A DNA stretch of 64,000 nucleotides from an uncultured Bacteroidia bacterium (GTDB lineage: Bacteria > Bacteroidota > Bacteroidia > NS11-12g > UBA955). A program made the position numbers and the translations under genes. Below are positions 52,689-62,148 of the stretch, piece by piece; the stretch's first letter is position 1, and every line of letters starts with the position of its first letter. Location of the stretch: assembly GCA_943788195.1 (NCBI GenBank), contig CALSPH010000001.1, positions 829,467 through 893,466 of the forward strand, in the 5' to 3' direction. The notes beneath the pieces are model-generated. The model saw only the letters and a program-made list of their open reading frames with translations. It was not told the DNA's origin and made no database searches.

Positions 52689-53647
52689 AAAAAGGAGGGG
52701 TCCTTTTATTCCTTTTAATTTGCATTCCTTTACTAGGAAATTCATGGGGTTTTTATGCGCATAAGGGAATCAATCGATTGGCCACATTTACCTTACCGCC
52801 TCCATTAATCGGCTTTTATAAAGCCAATATTCGGTATATCACAGAACATGCTGTAGATGCAGACCGGAGAAGATATTTGATGAAAGGTGAGGCGTGCCGG
52901 CATTATTTGGATGGGGATCATTATGAACAAGCCTTGCCTTTTGATACATTGCCGCATTATTGGAAGGCAGCAGTTGCCTTGTATTCAGAAGACAGTTTAA
53001 AGGCAAATGGAATTGTGCCTTGGCATGTATTTTTTGCCTACAAAAAATTGATTTGGGCATTTGCAGACACCTCTAAAAGTAAGGAAGAAAAGACAAAAAG
53101 TATTCTTAAACTTTCATCGGACTTGGGCCATTATGTGGGGGATCTTCATGTGCCTTTGCATACCACTTCCAATTACAACGGACAGAAAACCAATCAGCAT
53201 GGAATCCATGCATTATGGGAGAGCAGGTTGCCGCCTTTATTTGATAGCAGTTATAATTTTTTTGTGGGCAAAGCGCAGTTCTTCATGAATCCAATAGACT
53301 CCATTTGGAAAGCATTGGAACGCAGTCATTTTCTAGTTGATTCAGTATTGGCTTTAGAACGCAAGGCAACCGAACTGGTTAAGGAAGAGCATAAATACAC
53401 TTTTGTAAGTACAGACTATAATACCAAACGCGATTATAGTATTCCGTTCTGCAATGTTTATAACAACCTAATGGGCGATATGGTGCAAGAACGCATGACT
53501 AAATCGGTGTTGTTTTTAGGTAGTTTATGGTTCAGCGCTTGGGTGGAAGCTGGACAGCCCAATTTAAATGGGTTTCCCATTTTAGAAGAAAAAGGAGACA
53601 AAATTGATGTTCCTGCAGGTAAGGAAATGATAGGGCGGAAAGAATAG
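52685..53647 (+). CDS. Zinc-dependent phospholipase C / S1-P1 nuclease-superfamily protein
   Basis: 320 aa. Signal peptide then 'SWGFYAHK' (the W-G-x-x-x-H start typical of this fold). His/Asp-rich metal sites. ATGA overlap with pdxJ. Confidence 0.45.
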   Translation: MKKGGVLLFLLICIPLLGNSWGFYAHKGINRLATFTLPPPLIGFYKANIRYITEHAVDADRRRYLMKGEACRHYLDGDHYEQALPFDTLPHYWKAAVALYSEDSLKANGIVPWHVFFAYKKLIWAFADTSKSKEEKTKSILKLSSDLGHYVGDLHVPLHTTSNYNGQKTNQHGIHALWESRLPPLFDSSYNFFVGKAQFFMNPIDSIWKALERSHFLVDSVLALERKATELVKEEHKYTFVSTDYNTKRDYSIPFCNVYNNLMGDMVQERMTKSVLFLGSLWFSAWVEAGQPNLNGFPILEEKGDKIDVPAGKEMIGRKE

Positions 53648-53794
53648 TTCGGTTGAATACGTGCAATTAAGAACGAATTAATCACCAGTACCCTGCTTTT
53701 TAGCGTAAAATGTGCATAATCTTAACCAAAATGTTGAGATAGATTCTAGAATTTTCCATAATCTTGTGGATTATAATTGTAAACAAATAAGGCG

Positions 53795-54913
53795 ATGAAA
53801 TTTATAGTACCCTCACAAGATTTACTCGAACGATTATTGCTCGTAAACGGAGCAGTTGTTTCTAAGCCTGTCTTGCCTATACTCGAAAACTTTCTATTCA
53901 AAATTGAAGAAAGTAAATTAACCATAAGTTCAACTGACTTGGAAACAAGTATGACAACAAGTATGGAAGTGCAATCAAAAGACAGTATTTCTGTTGCAGT
54001 ACCTTCTAAGCTTATTATTGAAACGTTGCGTAGTTTGCCATCTCAACCAGTTACTTTTACCGTAGATCCAGCGAATTATAATATTGAATTAAGCACAGCA
54101 AATGGGCGTTTTAAATTAGCGGGCCTTAGTGCAGATGATTATCCAAAAATTAGCGATATCGAATCTACCGGTTCATTTAACATGCCAGCTAAATTATTGT
54201 CTAGAGCAATATCCAAAACATTGTTTGCTACAAGTACAGACGATTTAAGACAGAATTTAACCGGTGTATTTGTAGAGTTGTTCGCGGACCATATCAATTT
54301 TGTGGCAACAGATGCAAACCGTTTAGTGAAATTCACCCGCTCAGACATTAAACCGGGTGTAGAGTCTAGTTTTATTATACCGAAGAAGGCATTGAATCTT
54401 TTAAAATCAGCTGTGCCCAACTCAGATGATGAAATTGAAATTGCTTTCAATAATTCAAACGTATCTTTTAGCATTAGTAACTTACAATTGATTTGTAGGC
54501 TAATTGAAGAGCGCTATCCAGATTACAATGCGGTTATTCCTAAAGATAATGATCAAACCTTAACAATAGAACGTTCAGGTATGTTAAGCACAACCAGACG
54601 TATTTCTATATTCTCAAATAAGACTACGCATCAGGTAAGATTGGGAATTATTGGGAGTGAGTTGACCATTTCTGCTGAAGATTTAGAATTGGCAAACGAA
54701 GCGCAAGAGCGTATTGCATGTGAGTTTGATGGTGCGGATTTAGAAATAGGCTTCAACAGTAAGTTCTTAGTAGATATGCTGAGCAATTTTGATACGGATC
54801 AAGTACTTCTTAAATTGAGTGCGCCAAATAGAGCTGGAATTATGGTTCCATCTGACAACGAGGAAAATGAGGAAATTGAAATGCTCATTATGCCAATGAT
54901 GTTGAATAACTAA
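53795..54913 (+). CDS. dnaN: DNA polymerase III beta subunit (sliding clamp)
   Basis: 372 aa, three-domain clamp. 'MKFIVPSQDLLERLLLVNGAV' N-terminus. Confidence 0.9.
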   Translation: MKFIVPSQDLLERLLLVNGAVVSKPVLPILENFLFKIEESKLTISSTDLETSMTTSMEVQSKDSISVAVPSKLIIETLRSLPSQPVTFTVDPANYNIELSTANGRFKLAGLSADDYPKISDIESTGSFNMPAKLLSRAISKTLFATSTDDLRQNLTGVFVELFADHINFVATDANRLVKFTRSDIKPGVESSFIIPKKALNLLKSAVPNSDDEIEIAFNNSNVSFSISNLQLICRLIEERYPDYNAVIPKDNDQTLTIERSGMLSTTRRISIFSNKTTHQVRLGIIGSELTISAEDLELANEAQERIACEFDGADLEIGFNSKFLVDMLSNFDTDQVLLKLSAPNRAGIMVPSDNEENEEIEMLIMPMMLNN

Positions 54914-54980
54914 ACATGCTTATTGCCTTATTAGGCGCAAAAAAAGCATTAATCTTGCTTCTAGGTTTATTGGAAACTTT

Positions 54981-55823
54981 TTAAACTTTAATGAAACGTA
55001 AGCACACCCAAGTGTCGCGTTCTGCGCTGCGGTCTAATTTTAATCCCAATTCATTTGCATGAGATTCAAGAAGGGCTACATCTTCTTGATGAAATCCACT
55101 GAATAGAATGGTGCCGCCTTTTTTTAACTTATGTACGTAGGTGTCCATATCTGCCATTAAAATATTGCGATTAATATTCGCTATGATCAAATCAAACTTA
55201 GATTCTTGGTCCAAGTGATATGCATCGCCATGTACAACGTCAATTTTATCCGCTACTTTATTGATAGTTATATTTTCAAGCGTATTGGTTGCACACCATT
55301 CATCATTGTCAATTGCCAGTACAGAATGAGCACCCTTTTTAATTGAGAATATGGCTAAAATACCAGTGCCTGTTCCCATATCAAGGCATCTTAGGTTTGT
55401 CAAAGTTAACTCATCCAGGGCCTCAATCATGAGTGCCGTGGTTGCATGATGCCCAGTGCCAAAACTCATCTTTGGAGTGATTACGATTTCCATTAGTCCA
55501 TCATTGATAGGTTCATGAAAATTGGCTCTAATATGACAGATGCCATTAATTTCAACAGGGTTAAAATTACTTTCCCATACTTTATTCCAATTACTTTTCT
55601 CAATAATTTTCTGAACGTATTTTGGGGCACATAAACCCAAATCCAGCAGAGAAGTGAGCTCTGCTTTTATTCCTTTTAAACTGTATTCTTCACCGGGTTT
55701 ATAGGCTTTGATAAGACCTTCGTCTTGTACGGTTTCATAATTCAAATCATTCAACAACGCAGCAACAATTTCACCATTTTCAGTAATAGGCTCGTTTAAA
55801 TTAAAAGTAAGTTCTAAATACAT
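54981..55823 (-). CDS. prmA: Ribosomal protein L11 methyltransferase
   Basis: 280 aa. SAM motif 'LDMGTGTGILAI'. PrmA N-terminal domain. Confidence 0.85.
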   Translation of the reverse strand: MYLELTFNLNEPITENGEIVAALLNDLNYETVQDEGLIKAYKPGEEYSLKGIKAELTSLLDLGLCAPKYVQKIIEKSNWNKVWESNFNPVEINGICHIRANFHEPINDGLMEIVITPKMSFGTGHHATTALMIEALDELTLTNLRCLDMGTGTGILAIFSIKKGAHSVLAIDNDEWCATNTLENITINKVADKIDVVHGDAYHLDQESKFDLIIANINRNILMADMDTYVHKLKKGGTILFSGFHQEDVALLESHANELGLKLDRSAERDTWVCLRFIKV

Positions 55824-55824
55824 A

Positions 55825-56619
55825 TTAAACCGCTACTGGAGCTTTAATGCCAGGATGTGGCTCGTAGTTTTCAAGGACAAAGTCCTCAATGGTGAAATCA
55901 TTAATGTCTTTAATTTCTGGATTGATTTTCATATTTGGATAGGGTCGTGCATCTCTGCTTAACTGCAATGCAACTTGTTCTTGGTGATTACTATAGATAT
56001 GCGCATCACCAAAGGTGTGCACAAAGTCACCTAGCTTTAAGCCACATACTTGGGCAATCATCATCGTTAACAAGGCATATGAAGCAATGTTGAACGGTAC
56101 CCCAAGAAACATATCTGCGCTTCGTTGATATAATTGACAGCTTAATTTTCCTTCTGCTACATAAAACTGGAAGAAAGAGTGGCAAGGCATTAATGCCATT
56201 TGATCCAATTCCGAAACGTTCCATGCCGAAACAATAATCCTGCGGCTATCGGGATTCGTTTTTAACGCATCAATCACTTGTTGCAGTTGATCAATCCTAG
56301 TTCCATCGGGTTTGGGCCAGCTACGCCATTGTTTCCCATACACCGGTCCCAAATCACCATTCTCATCGGCCCATTCATCCCAAATACGCACGTTATTTTC
56401 TTTTAGATATTTAATGTTGGTTTCCCCCTTGATAAACCACAACAATTCGTGGATGATGGATCGCAAATGAACTTTTTTGGTTGTAATAAGTGGAAAGCCT
56501 TCATTCAAATTAAATCTAAGTTGAGCGCCAAAAATACTTACGGTTCCTGTACCCGTTCTATCGGTTTTCGGTGTTCCGTTATCACGGATATAGGCTAATA
56601 GTTCCTCGTACTGTGTCAT
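55825..56619 (-). CDS. thyA: Thymidylate synthase
   Basis: 264 aa. 'RTGTGT', '[12 protein letters not shown]' catalytic Cys context, 'DAHIYSNH'. Confidence 0.95.
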   Translation of the reverse strand: MTQYEELLAYIRDNGTPKTDRTGTGTVSIFGAQLRFNLNEGFPLITTKKVHLRSIIHELLWFIKGETNIKYLKENNVRIWDEWADENGDLGPVYGKQWRSWPKPDGTRIDQLQQVIDALKTNPDSRRIIVSAWNVSELDQMALMPCHSFFQFYVAEGKLSCQLYQRSADMFLGVPFNIASYALLTMMIAQVCGLKLGDFVHTFGDAHIYSNHQEQVALQLSRDARPYPNMKINPEIKDINDFTIEDFVLENYEPHPGIKAPVAV

Positions 56620-56681
56620 GCTTTCCTCTTACAAAGTAACAACAAAGGTTAGGGCAAATGGATGCCCCTTTTGCAATGTTT

Positions 56682-57137
56682 TCAACAAACACCTAACGCT
56701 ACCTTAAGTCGTTCTATAGTATAATAAACAATAGGGCATACAGCATAGTTATCCATAGTAGTATTGATTCGATATTTAAAATGGGGCTGATGTAAATGTG
56801 GGTAGTCCGCACAAGCTTGAGGCCTTTCATTATAGATGTTGCATTTGTTGTCATGGAAAAAGTGACAGGGACTTTGCTTTAAATAATACTGTTGATTTGA
56901 CGGGTCTAATACCAACAGTTCAATAATAGAAGTGTGCTCAGTTTCAATTCGTTTAATATCTTTTTGAGTAAAAGGGGGTTGCAAAGTTTGGCAGCATTTA
57001 CCACAGGTTGTACAATCTGTTTTTTGAGTCTCTTCTGCTGCAATAGCATGAGCTATGGTGTCGATATCTGCACTTTTTAGCGCACGTAGCTTTTCTTTCA
57101 GAGCTAGATTTTCCGGATGATTTTTACTTTTTTGCAT
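56682..57137 (-). CDS. YkgJ-family cysteine-cluster (putative Fe-S/Zn) protein
   Basis: 'CTTCGKCCQ' CxxCxxCC cluster plus downstream Cys residues. Start set at the ATG at 57135-57137. The longer annotated ORF would start with TTG inside the hup terminator hairpin. Confidence 0.6.
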   Translation of the reverse strand: MQKSKNHPENLALKEKLRALKSADIDTIAHAIAAEETQKTDCTTCGKCCQTLQPPFTQKDIKRIETEHTSIIELLVLDPSNQQYYLKQSPCHFFHDNKCNIYNERPQACADYPHLHQPHFKYRINTTMDNYAVCPIVYYTIERLKVALGVC

Positions 57138-57168
57138 AAAAAAAGGTTTCCCCAAGGAAACCTTTAAA
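57138..57168 (-). terminator. Rho-independent terminator of hup (stem AAAGGTTTCC/GGAAACCTTT, loop CCAA, T7 run)
   Basis: Perfect 10-bp inverted repeat at 57145-57168. On the minus strand it is followed by TTTTTTT (57138-57144). It lies 17 nt downstream of the HU stop codon. Confidence 0.65.
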
Positions 57169-57185
57169 TCAAGGTAGTTTTTTGT

Positions 57186-57458
57186 TTAATTTACTTTTTT
57201 GCTTAGATCGCTTCCAGCTTTGAATTTCACAACATTCTTGGCTGCAATTTTAATTTCTTGGCCAGTTTGAGGGTTTCTTCCCATACGGGATGCACGTCTA
57301 TTTACAGAATATGTACCAAAACCAACTAAGATTACCTTTTCACCTTTCTTCAATGCTTGAGAGGTTCCTTCAATAAAAGCATTGAGTGCTGCAGAAGCTT
57401 GCGTTTTAGTGATTTTGGCATCATTAGCCATTTTGTCAATTAAGTCTGATTTATTCAT
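57186..57458 (-). CDS. hup: HU-family DNA-binding protein
   Basis: 90 aa. 'GFGTYSVNRRASRMGRNPQTGQEI' β-arm signature. Confidence 0.9.
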   Translation of the reverse strand: MNKSDLIDKMANDAKITKTQASAALNAFIEGTSQALKKGEKVILVGFGTYSVNRRASRMGRNPQTGQEIKIAAKNVVKFKAGSDLSKKVN

Positions 57459-57565
57459 AATGGTGGTTTAATTTGGTTTCTCAATATTATCTATTCAAAT
57501 ATAAGCAGTAAATATGTTTATATACAAGCGGTTTCCTCGTTTTTTTTAGTAAGCCACTAACATTT

Positions 57566-58081
57566 TTATTTCTTGAACACCTTGGCTAAATATTCAAGCA
57601 TTTCAATTTCATTCATGTGATAATGCGCACGTTTGTAAAATGAACGTCTATTTTCTAAAAGTTCAGCCAAGTTAACAGCGGGTTGATTTTTTCTGTTTTG
57701 CCCTGCTAAGATTGGTATAGGCCTTCCCGATTTTGCGATCCGTTGAAGAATCAATTCTAAAGGTGTTTGAAGCCATAGAACTACACCAGTTGCTAGCATG
57801 TAATCTATGTTGTCAAAGTAACATGGTGTGCCACCACCGCAAGAAATCAGTTGAATTTCCGGCATTATGCTTTTTAATCGTTTTCGTTCTAATGTTCTGA
57901 ACTCTAAATGGCTTAAATCGTTGAAAATTTCATGGATGGTTAATGAATTATTATGTGTGGTGTTATAGTCAAGTGTTAATGCTTCATCTAAGTCGTTTTT
58001 TTTAACTCCAATAAATTGATTAACTAAGGTACTTTTACCTGAACCTGGAAGTCCAATAATAAAATAACGATTGTGCTTCAT
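57566..58081 (-). CDS. aroK: Shikimate kinase
   Basis: 171 aa. Walker A 'GLPGSGKST'. 'GGG' LID-region glycines. Typical size. Confidence 0.75.
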   Translation of the reverse strand: MKHNRYFIIGLPGSGKSTLVNQFIGVKKNDLDEALTLDYNTTHNNSLTIHEIFNDLSHLEFRTLERKRLKSIMPEIQLISCGGGTPCYFDNIDYMLATGVVLWLQTPLELILQRIAKSGRPIPILAGQNRKNQPAVNLAELLENRRSFYKRAHYHMNEIEMLEYLAKVFKK

Positions 58082-59127
58082 ATTTTAACACGTGGATCAA
58101 GCAAAGTATAAATATAATCTACCATTATATTTACAACAATGAAAATGCATGCCGTAAAAATGATGCCACCCATAACTACCGGAATATCTGAGTTTTGAAC
58201 TGCCTCGATGGTTACTTTTCCCAAGCCTTTCCAGTTGAAAATGTATTCAATAAAAAATGCACCTGCAAGCAGCGAGGCAAACCAACCTGACAAGGCCGTT
58301 ACTACTGGATTTAATGCATTTTTTAATACATGCTTCTTAATTATTTGAATAGAACTCAACCCCTTGGCTTTTGCCGTAAGTATAAACTCTTGCTTTATAA
58401 CCGCAATTACCGAAGAACGCGTAAGCTGTGTTATGATGCCAATAATACGAATGGCTAAGGCGGAAGCAGGAAGAATAAGATTTTTCCATTCAATATCGTA
58501 ACTCGTTCCCAATGGATTCAAACTGCGCATACTTCCTGACATGCTTAATCCTGTGTATTTTGTTAGGAGGAATCCAAAGAACCAAGCAAAAATTATGGCT
58601 ACTAGAAAACTGGGAAATGATATTCCAATGTTTGAAACGATCATAATGGTTTTATCTAACCAGTGCCCCTGCTTTAGCGCAGCAATTGTGCCTAAAATAA
58701 TACCTATAAAACTAGCAATAAGTAAACTAGTTAAAGCTAACAGAAGTGTCCCAGGCAAAGCTTCACCGATTATTTGACTCACTTTCTTTTTGTATTGAAA
58801 TGATCTACGCATATAGGGTGCTTTGAGGTATATGCCTGAGTTGCCCGTTGGAATTACTTTGAAACCTCTTATGTTCTTGCTTTTGGCAGTTTCTTCAGTG
58901 TAATAAGAAATGGGAGACAGGTCATTTAGATATAACAAATATTGAATGTGTGCAGGTTTGTCCAGGCCAAATTCCTTGTTAATGGCTTCTTGGCTCATGA
59001 TATCACTCCGTTGACCTGCAGCCAAAGTGGTAGGATCCGGTAAGAGCAGTAATAAAAAGAAAACTAGGGTAACTACTCCCCATAATATGAGCAGCCCTTG
59101 CGATATTTTCTTTAAAAACCCGCGCAA
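58078..59127 (-). CDS. ABC transporter permease (Dpp/Opp-type inner-membrane component)
   Basis: 349 aa, 6 TM helices. EAA-like loop 'AKGLSSIQIIKKHVLKNALNPVV'. 4-nt overlap with aroK. Confidence 0.75.
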   Translation of the reverse strand: MRGFLKKISQGLLILWGVVTLVFFLLLLLPDPTTLAAGQRSDIMSQEAINKEFGLDKPAHIQYLLYLNDLSPISYYTEETAKSKNIRGFKVIPTGNSGIYLKAPYMRRSFQYKKKVSQIIGEALPGTLLLALTSLLIASFIGIILGTIAALKQGHWLDKTIMIVSNIGISFPSFLVAIIFAWFFGFLLTKYTGLSMSGSMRSLNPLGTSYDIEWKNLILPASALAIRIIGIITQLTRSSVIAVIKQEFILTAKAKGLSSIQIIKKHVLKNALNPVVTALSGWFASLLAGAFFIEYIFNWKGLGKVTIEAVQNSDIPVVMGGIIFTACIFIVVNIMVDYIYTLLDPRVKI

Positions 59128-59129
59128 AA

Positions 59130-60689
59130 TTATTTAGTGTAACTGAGTAGCTTTTCGGCTGTAGGCAATGATCTAAAACACCATCGCTTAATAACCTTAC
59201 CATCTTTTATTAAAATAAGTCCTGGGTTCGAACGTATCATCGAAAGTAACAACTTGTTATCTGCTGATCCATACATGTAAGGGGTCTTGTATTTTTCTCT
59301 ATACGCTTGTATTTCAGGCTGACCAGAAGAAGTTAGTGCATAAAAGGCATTTCCTGTAGTTTGCCATGCGTTATATAGCGCATTGATTTTTGCAGGAGCG
59401 TTTTTATGCACTTCATCTACATAAACAGATGGTACCAGTAAAGTGAACCCCTTATTTTGAAGTAGCGTATCAGCAATGTCGTTGCCCCAAGGACTTGTAA
59501 TATTTTCAAAGTCATGTATAGGCAGAACATATGCTTTTTCGATAACCTGCTCACTCATTGTTTTAACAAATTGATCGTTTGGTCCTGGTTTTGGTTCAAA
59601 CAGATTTGTTTTCGAACTCCATTTGGATTCAAATTCTTTACCCTCACCATTTTTGTATAGGTAAGTACGCTCAACAATGTCTTGTTCTAGAACTCCTTTG
59701 GGGTAAGAGGTTTTTTCTCTTAAATCACTGCCCTCACTATATTGCAAGAAATCAAAAACAGGTAAATATAAATATGAATAAGCCATAAACAAGGTACAAA
59801 TACCCATGAGTACTATAGTTAATGTTGTGCCAAATTTGGATGAAAAGATGGGGTTGATATACTTGTATGAAAAGAACAAGAATAGGATCATGATGGTGAG
59901 TACAACATCTTTTTGAAAGGTTTCCCAAGGTTTTAGTTTAATAAAGTCTCCAAAGCAGCCGCAGTCGGTTACTTTATTGTAGTAAGCCGCATAGAAGGTA
60001 AGGAATGTAAAAAACAAAGTAAGTAATAACAATAACCAAACGGTTAATTTTGGCTTAATGCCCAACAACAACCAAATGCCTAAAAGTATTTCTAATAGAC
60101 AAATAAACATGGCCAATGCGGTGGCATAACCACCCATTTTTTCAAAGAATCCAACCAACCAACTGCTTGTTTTTAAATAGGATTTAACATCAATGGCCTC
60201 CATTATCTCAGTGGGTAGCAAGTCTAATTGATGGGTTTTGGTGTGCACTACTTTACCAGCAATTGAAGCGGTTACTGTTACCGAACCAGCATAAGCCGAG
60301 TCGTTTGGTGCATACATGGAGTCGCGCAAAATGCTGTTGGTAGCCTGCAAATAATTCACCGCCATTTCACCCATTTCAACGTAATTCTCATCTAAATCTT
60401 CCATAGTATCTGGAAGTATATCATAACGGTCGCCTGTTAGTGATGTTTGTATGGAATAGGTCTTGCTCGTTTCTTTTTCATACAAGGGAATTGCATATGA
60501 TCCTTCATGATAGACACTTTTAAAATGAATGGAGAAAGTATCTTGATTTGCCTGTGCGTCTTTGGCAAAGACTTCAAAATATTCGTGCAATTTTATAGCA
60601 AAGCCTTTGGTGTCATTGCTTTTTATGAAACCTGAAAAAATAAATAAGGCTCCTACTAAAAATCTAAATATATAATTGATGTATTTCAT
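59130..60689 (-). CDS. DoxX-like membrane domain fused to a thioredoxin-like periplasmic domain (BT_3928-like family)
   Basis: The N-terminal 'FLVGALFIFSGFIK' matches the DoxX helix 1 pattern. Further TM helices with a CGCFGD motif. The C-terminal ~150 aa has a thioredoxin-like fold. Confidence 0.45.
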   Translation of the reverse strand: MKYINYIFRFLVGALFIFSGFIKSNDTKGFAIKLHEYFEVFAKDAQANQDTFSIHFKSVYHEGSYAIPLYEKETSKTYSIQTSLTGDRYDILPDTMEDLDENYVEMGEMAVNYLQATNSILRDSMYAPNDSAYAGSVTVTASIAGKVVHTKTHQLDLLPTEIMEAIDVKSYLKTSSWLVGFFEKMGGYATALAMFICLLEILLGIWLLLGIKPKLTVWLLLLLTLFFTFLTFYAAYYNKVTDCGCFGDFIKLKPWETFQKDVVLTIMILFLFFSYKYINPIFSSKFGTTLTIVLMGICTLFMAYSYLYLPVFDFLQYSEGSDLREKTSYPKGVLEQDIVERTYLYKNGEGKEFESKWSSKTNLFEPKPGPNDQFVKTMSEQVIEKAYVLPIHDFENITSPWGNDIADTLLQNKGFTLLVPSVYVDEVHKNAPAKINALYNAWQTTGNAFYALTSSGQPEIQAYREKYKTPYMYGSADNKLLLSMIRSNPGLILIKDGKVIKRWCFRSLPTAEKLLSYTK

Positions 60690-60713
60690 CTTCTATTTTA
60701 TTAATAAACAAAG

Positions 60714-61271
60714 TTATGCTTGTTCTGATTCATTTAAGCGGATTAAAGCAAAAATGGCATAATTAATCATATCCTGATAGTTCGCATCCAATCCTTCTGA
60801 AATTAATGTTTGACCATCGTTATCTTCGATTTGGCGCGTACGTAAAATCTTCATTAAAATAAGATCGGTTAAAGAACTAACACGCATTTCGCGCCAAGCC
60901 TCTCCATAATCATGATTCTTATTTAGCATCAGATTTAACGTATCATTCACGTGTTTGTTGTAGGCATCTACCAATTCTGCATTACTAATCTCTTCGTCTG
61001 AATTTAATTCCAAATTAATTAGGGCAATGATAGCATAGTTCACAATTCCGATGAATTCGCTATCTATTCCTTCGTTTACCTTACTGCTACCTGCTTCTTC
61101 AATGCTTCGAATGCGCTGTGCTTTGATAAAGATTTGATCGGTTAATGAGGTGCCACGCAAAATTCTCCAAGCAGTCCCGTAATCGTGGTTCTTCTTAACG
61201 AAAATATTTTTACAACGCTCTACCTGTTCCAAGTACTGCGTTTTTGTTTTTTCTAATTGCGTTTCTGTCAT
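60714..61271 (-). CDS. DUF1599 (nucleotide-modification-associated domain 1) protein
   Basis: 185 aa with two internal repeats of 'KNHDYGxAWR...SLTDxI.xKxxRxxxIE'. Confidence 0.6.
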   Translation of the reverse strand: MTETQLEKTKTQYLEQVERCKNIFVKKNHDYGTAWRILRGTSLTDQIFIKAQRIRSIEEAGSSKVNEGIDSEFIGIVNYAIIALINLELNSDEEISNAELVDAYNKHVNDTLNLMLNKNHDYGEAWREMRVSSLTDLILMKILRTRQIEDNDGQTLISEGLDANYQDMINYAIFALIRLNESEQA

Positions 61272-61314
61272 GTGCTTTCTTACCTTTGCAAAGATAAAAA
61301 TCTAAAGCAGATAA

Positions 61315-62148
61315 GTGCAGTTTCAATTAAAATCTAAAGGAGAGTTATGGTCATTTAATCAACCTGTTGCCATGGGTATTATAAATGTTACCCCAGATTC
61401 CTTTTTTGAGGGCAGTAGAGCAAACACAGAAGTTGAAATTAAAACCAAAGCGATTCAAATGATTAAAGAGGGTGCTGCTTTTATAGATTTAGGTGCAATG
61501 AGCACCCGCCCAGGTGCAAAAGAAATACCGCTAAAACAGGAGTGCGAAGCAATCGCCTTTGGATTAAAGTGCTTGACTCAAATGGATCTAAAAGCAGCAA
61601 TCTCAGTAGATACGTATCGCACTGAAGTAGCACGAATTGCTATTGCTGAAGGAGCAGATTTTATCAATGATATTAGTGCTGGAGATGATCTGGGCATGCT
61701 AGATTTAGTAGCTGAAACACAGGTCGGGTATATGGCCATGCACAAAAAAGGGATGCCAGCAGATATGCAAAAGAGCCCAACTTATGATGACGTGACACGA
61801 GAAGTAGCGTATTACTTAATGCAAAAAGATATTGAATTTGTCGAAAAAGGAATTACCTCTTGGTGTGCCGACCCTGGTTTTGGTTTTGGGAAAAAACAAG
61901 CGCATAATTTTCAACTCATGCGTGAATTACGCATTGTTAAACAAATGGTAAATAAACCATTGCTAGTGGGGATCTCACGTAAGGGAATGATTCACAAAAC
62001 CTTGGGAGTTAAGGCCGAGGAAGCACTGAACGGCACAACTGCCTTGCACATGACAGCTTTAATGAACGGAGCGGATATTCTTAGAGTGCACGATGTGAAA
62101 GAGGCTATGGAAGTAATACATCTTGCTCAGGCACTAATTTCCTATTGA
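61315..62148 (+). CDS. folP: Dihydropteroate synthase
   Basis: 277 aa. 'MGIINVTPDSFFEGS' pterin-binding signature. 'DPGFGFGK'. GTG start. Confidence 0.9.
   Translation: MQFQLKSKGELWSFNQPVAMGIINVTPDSFFEGSRANTEVEIKTKAIQMIKEGAAFIDLGAMSTRPGAKEIPLKQECEAIAFGLKCLTQMDLKAAISVDTYRTEVARIAIAEGADFINDISAGDDLGMLDLVAETQVGYMAMHKKGMPADMQKSPTYDDVTREVAYYLMQKDIEFVEKGITSWCADPGFGFGKKQAHNFQLMRELRIVKQMVNKPLLVGISRKGMIHKTLGVKAEEALNGTTALHMTALMNGADILRVHDVKEAMEVIHLAQALISY

Noticed and set aside
53730-53794. DnaA-box-like 9-mer (TAATCCACA on the minus strand, at 'tgtggatta') just upstream of dnaN, as a possible oriC
   Set aside because: It is a single 8/9 match. dnaA is not adjacent and there is no cluster of boxes or AT-rich unwinding element. 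A chance occurrence is likely.
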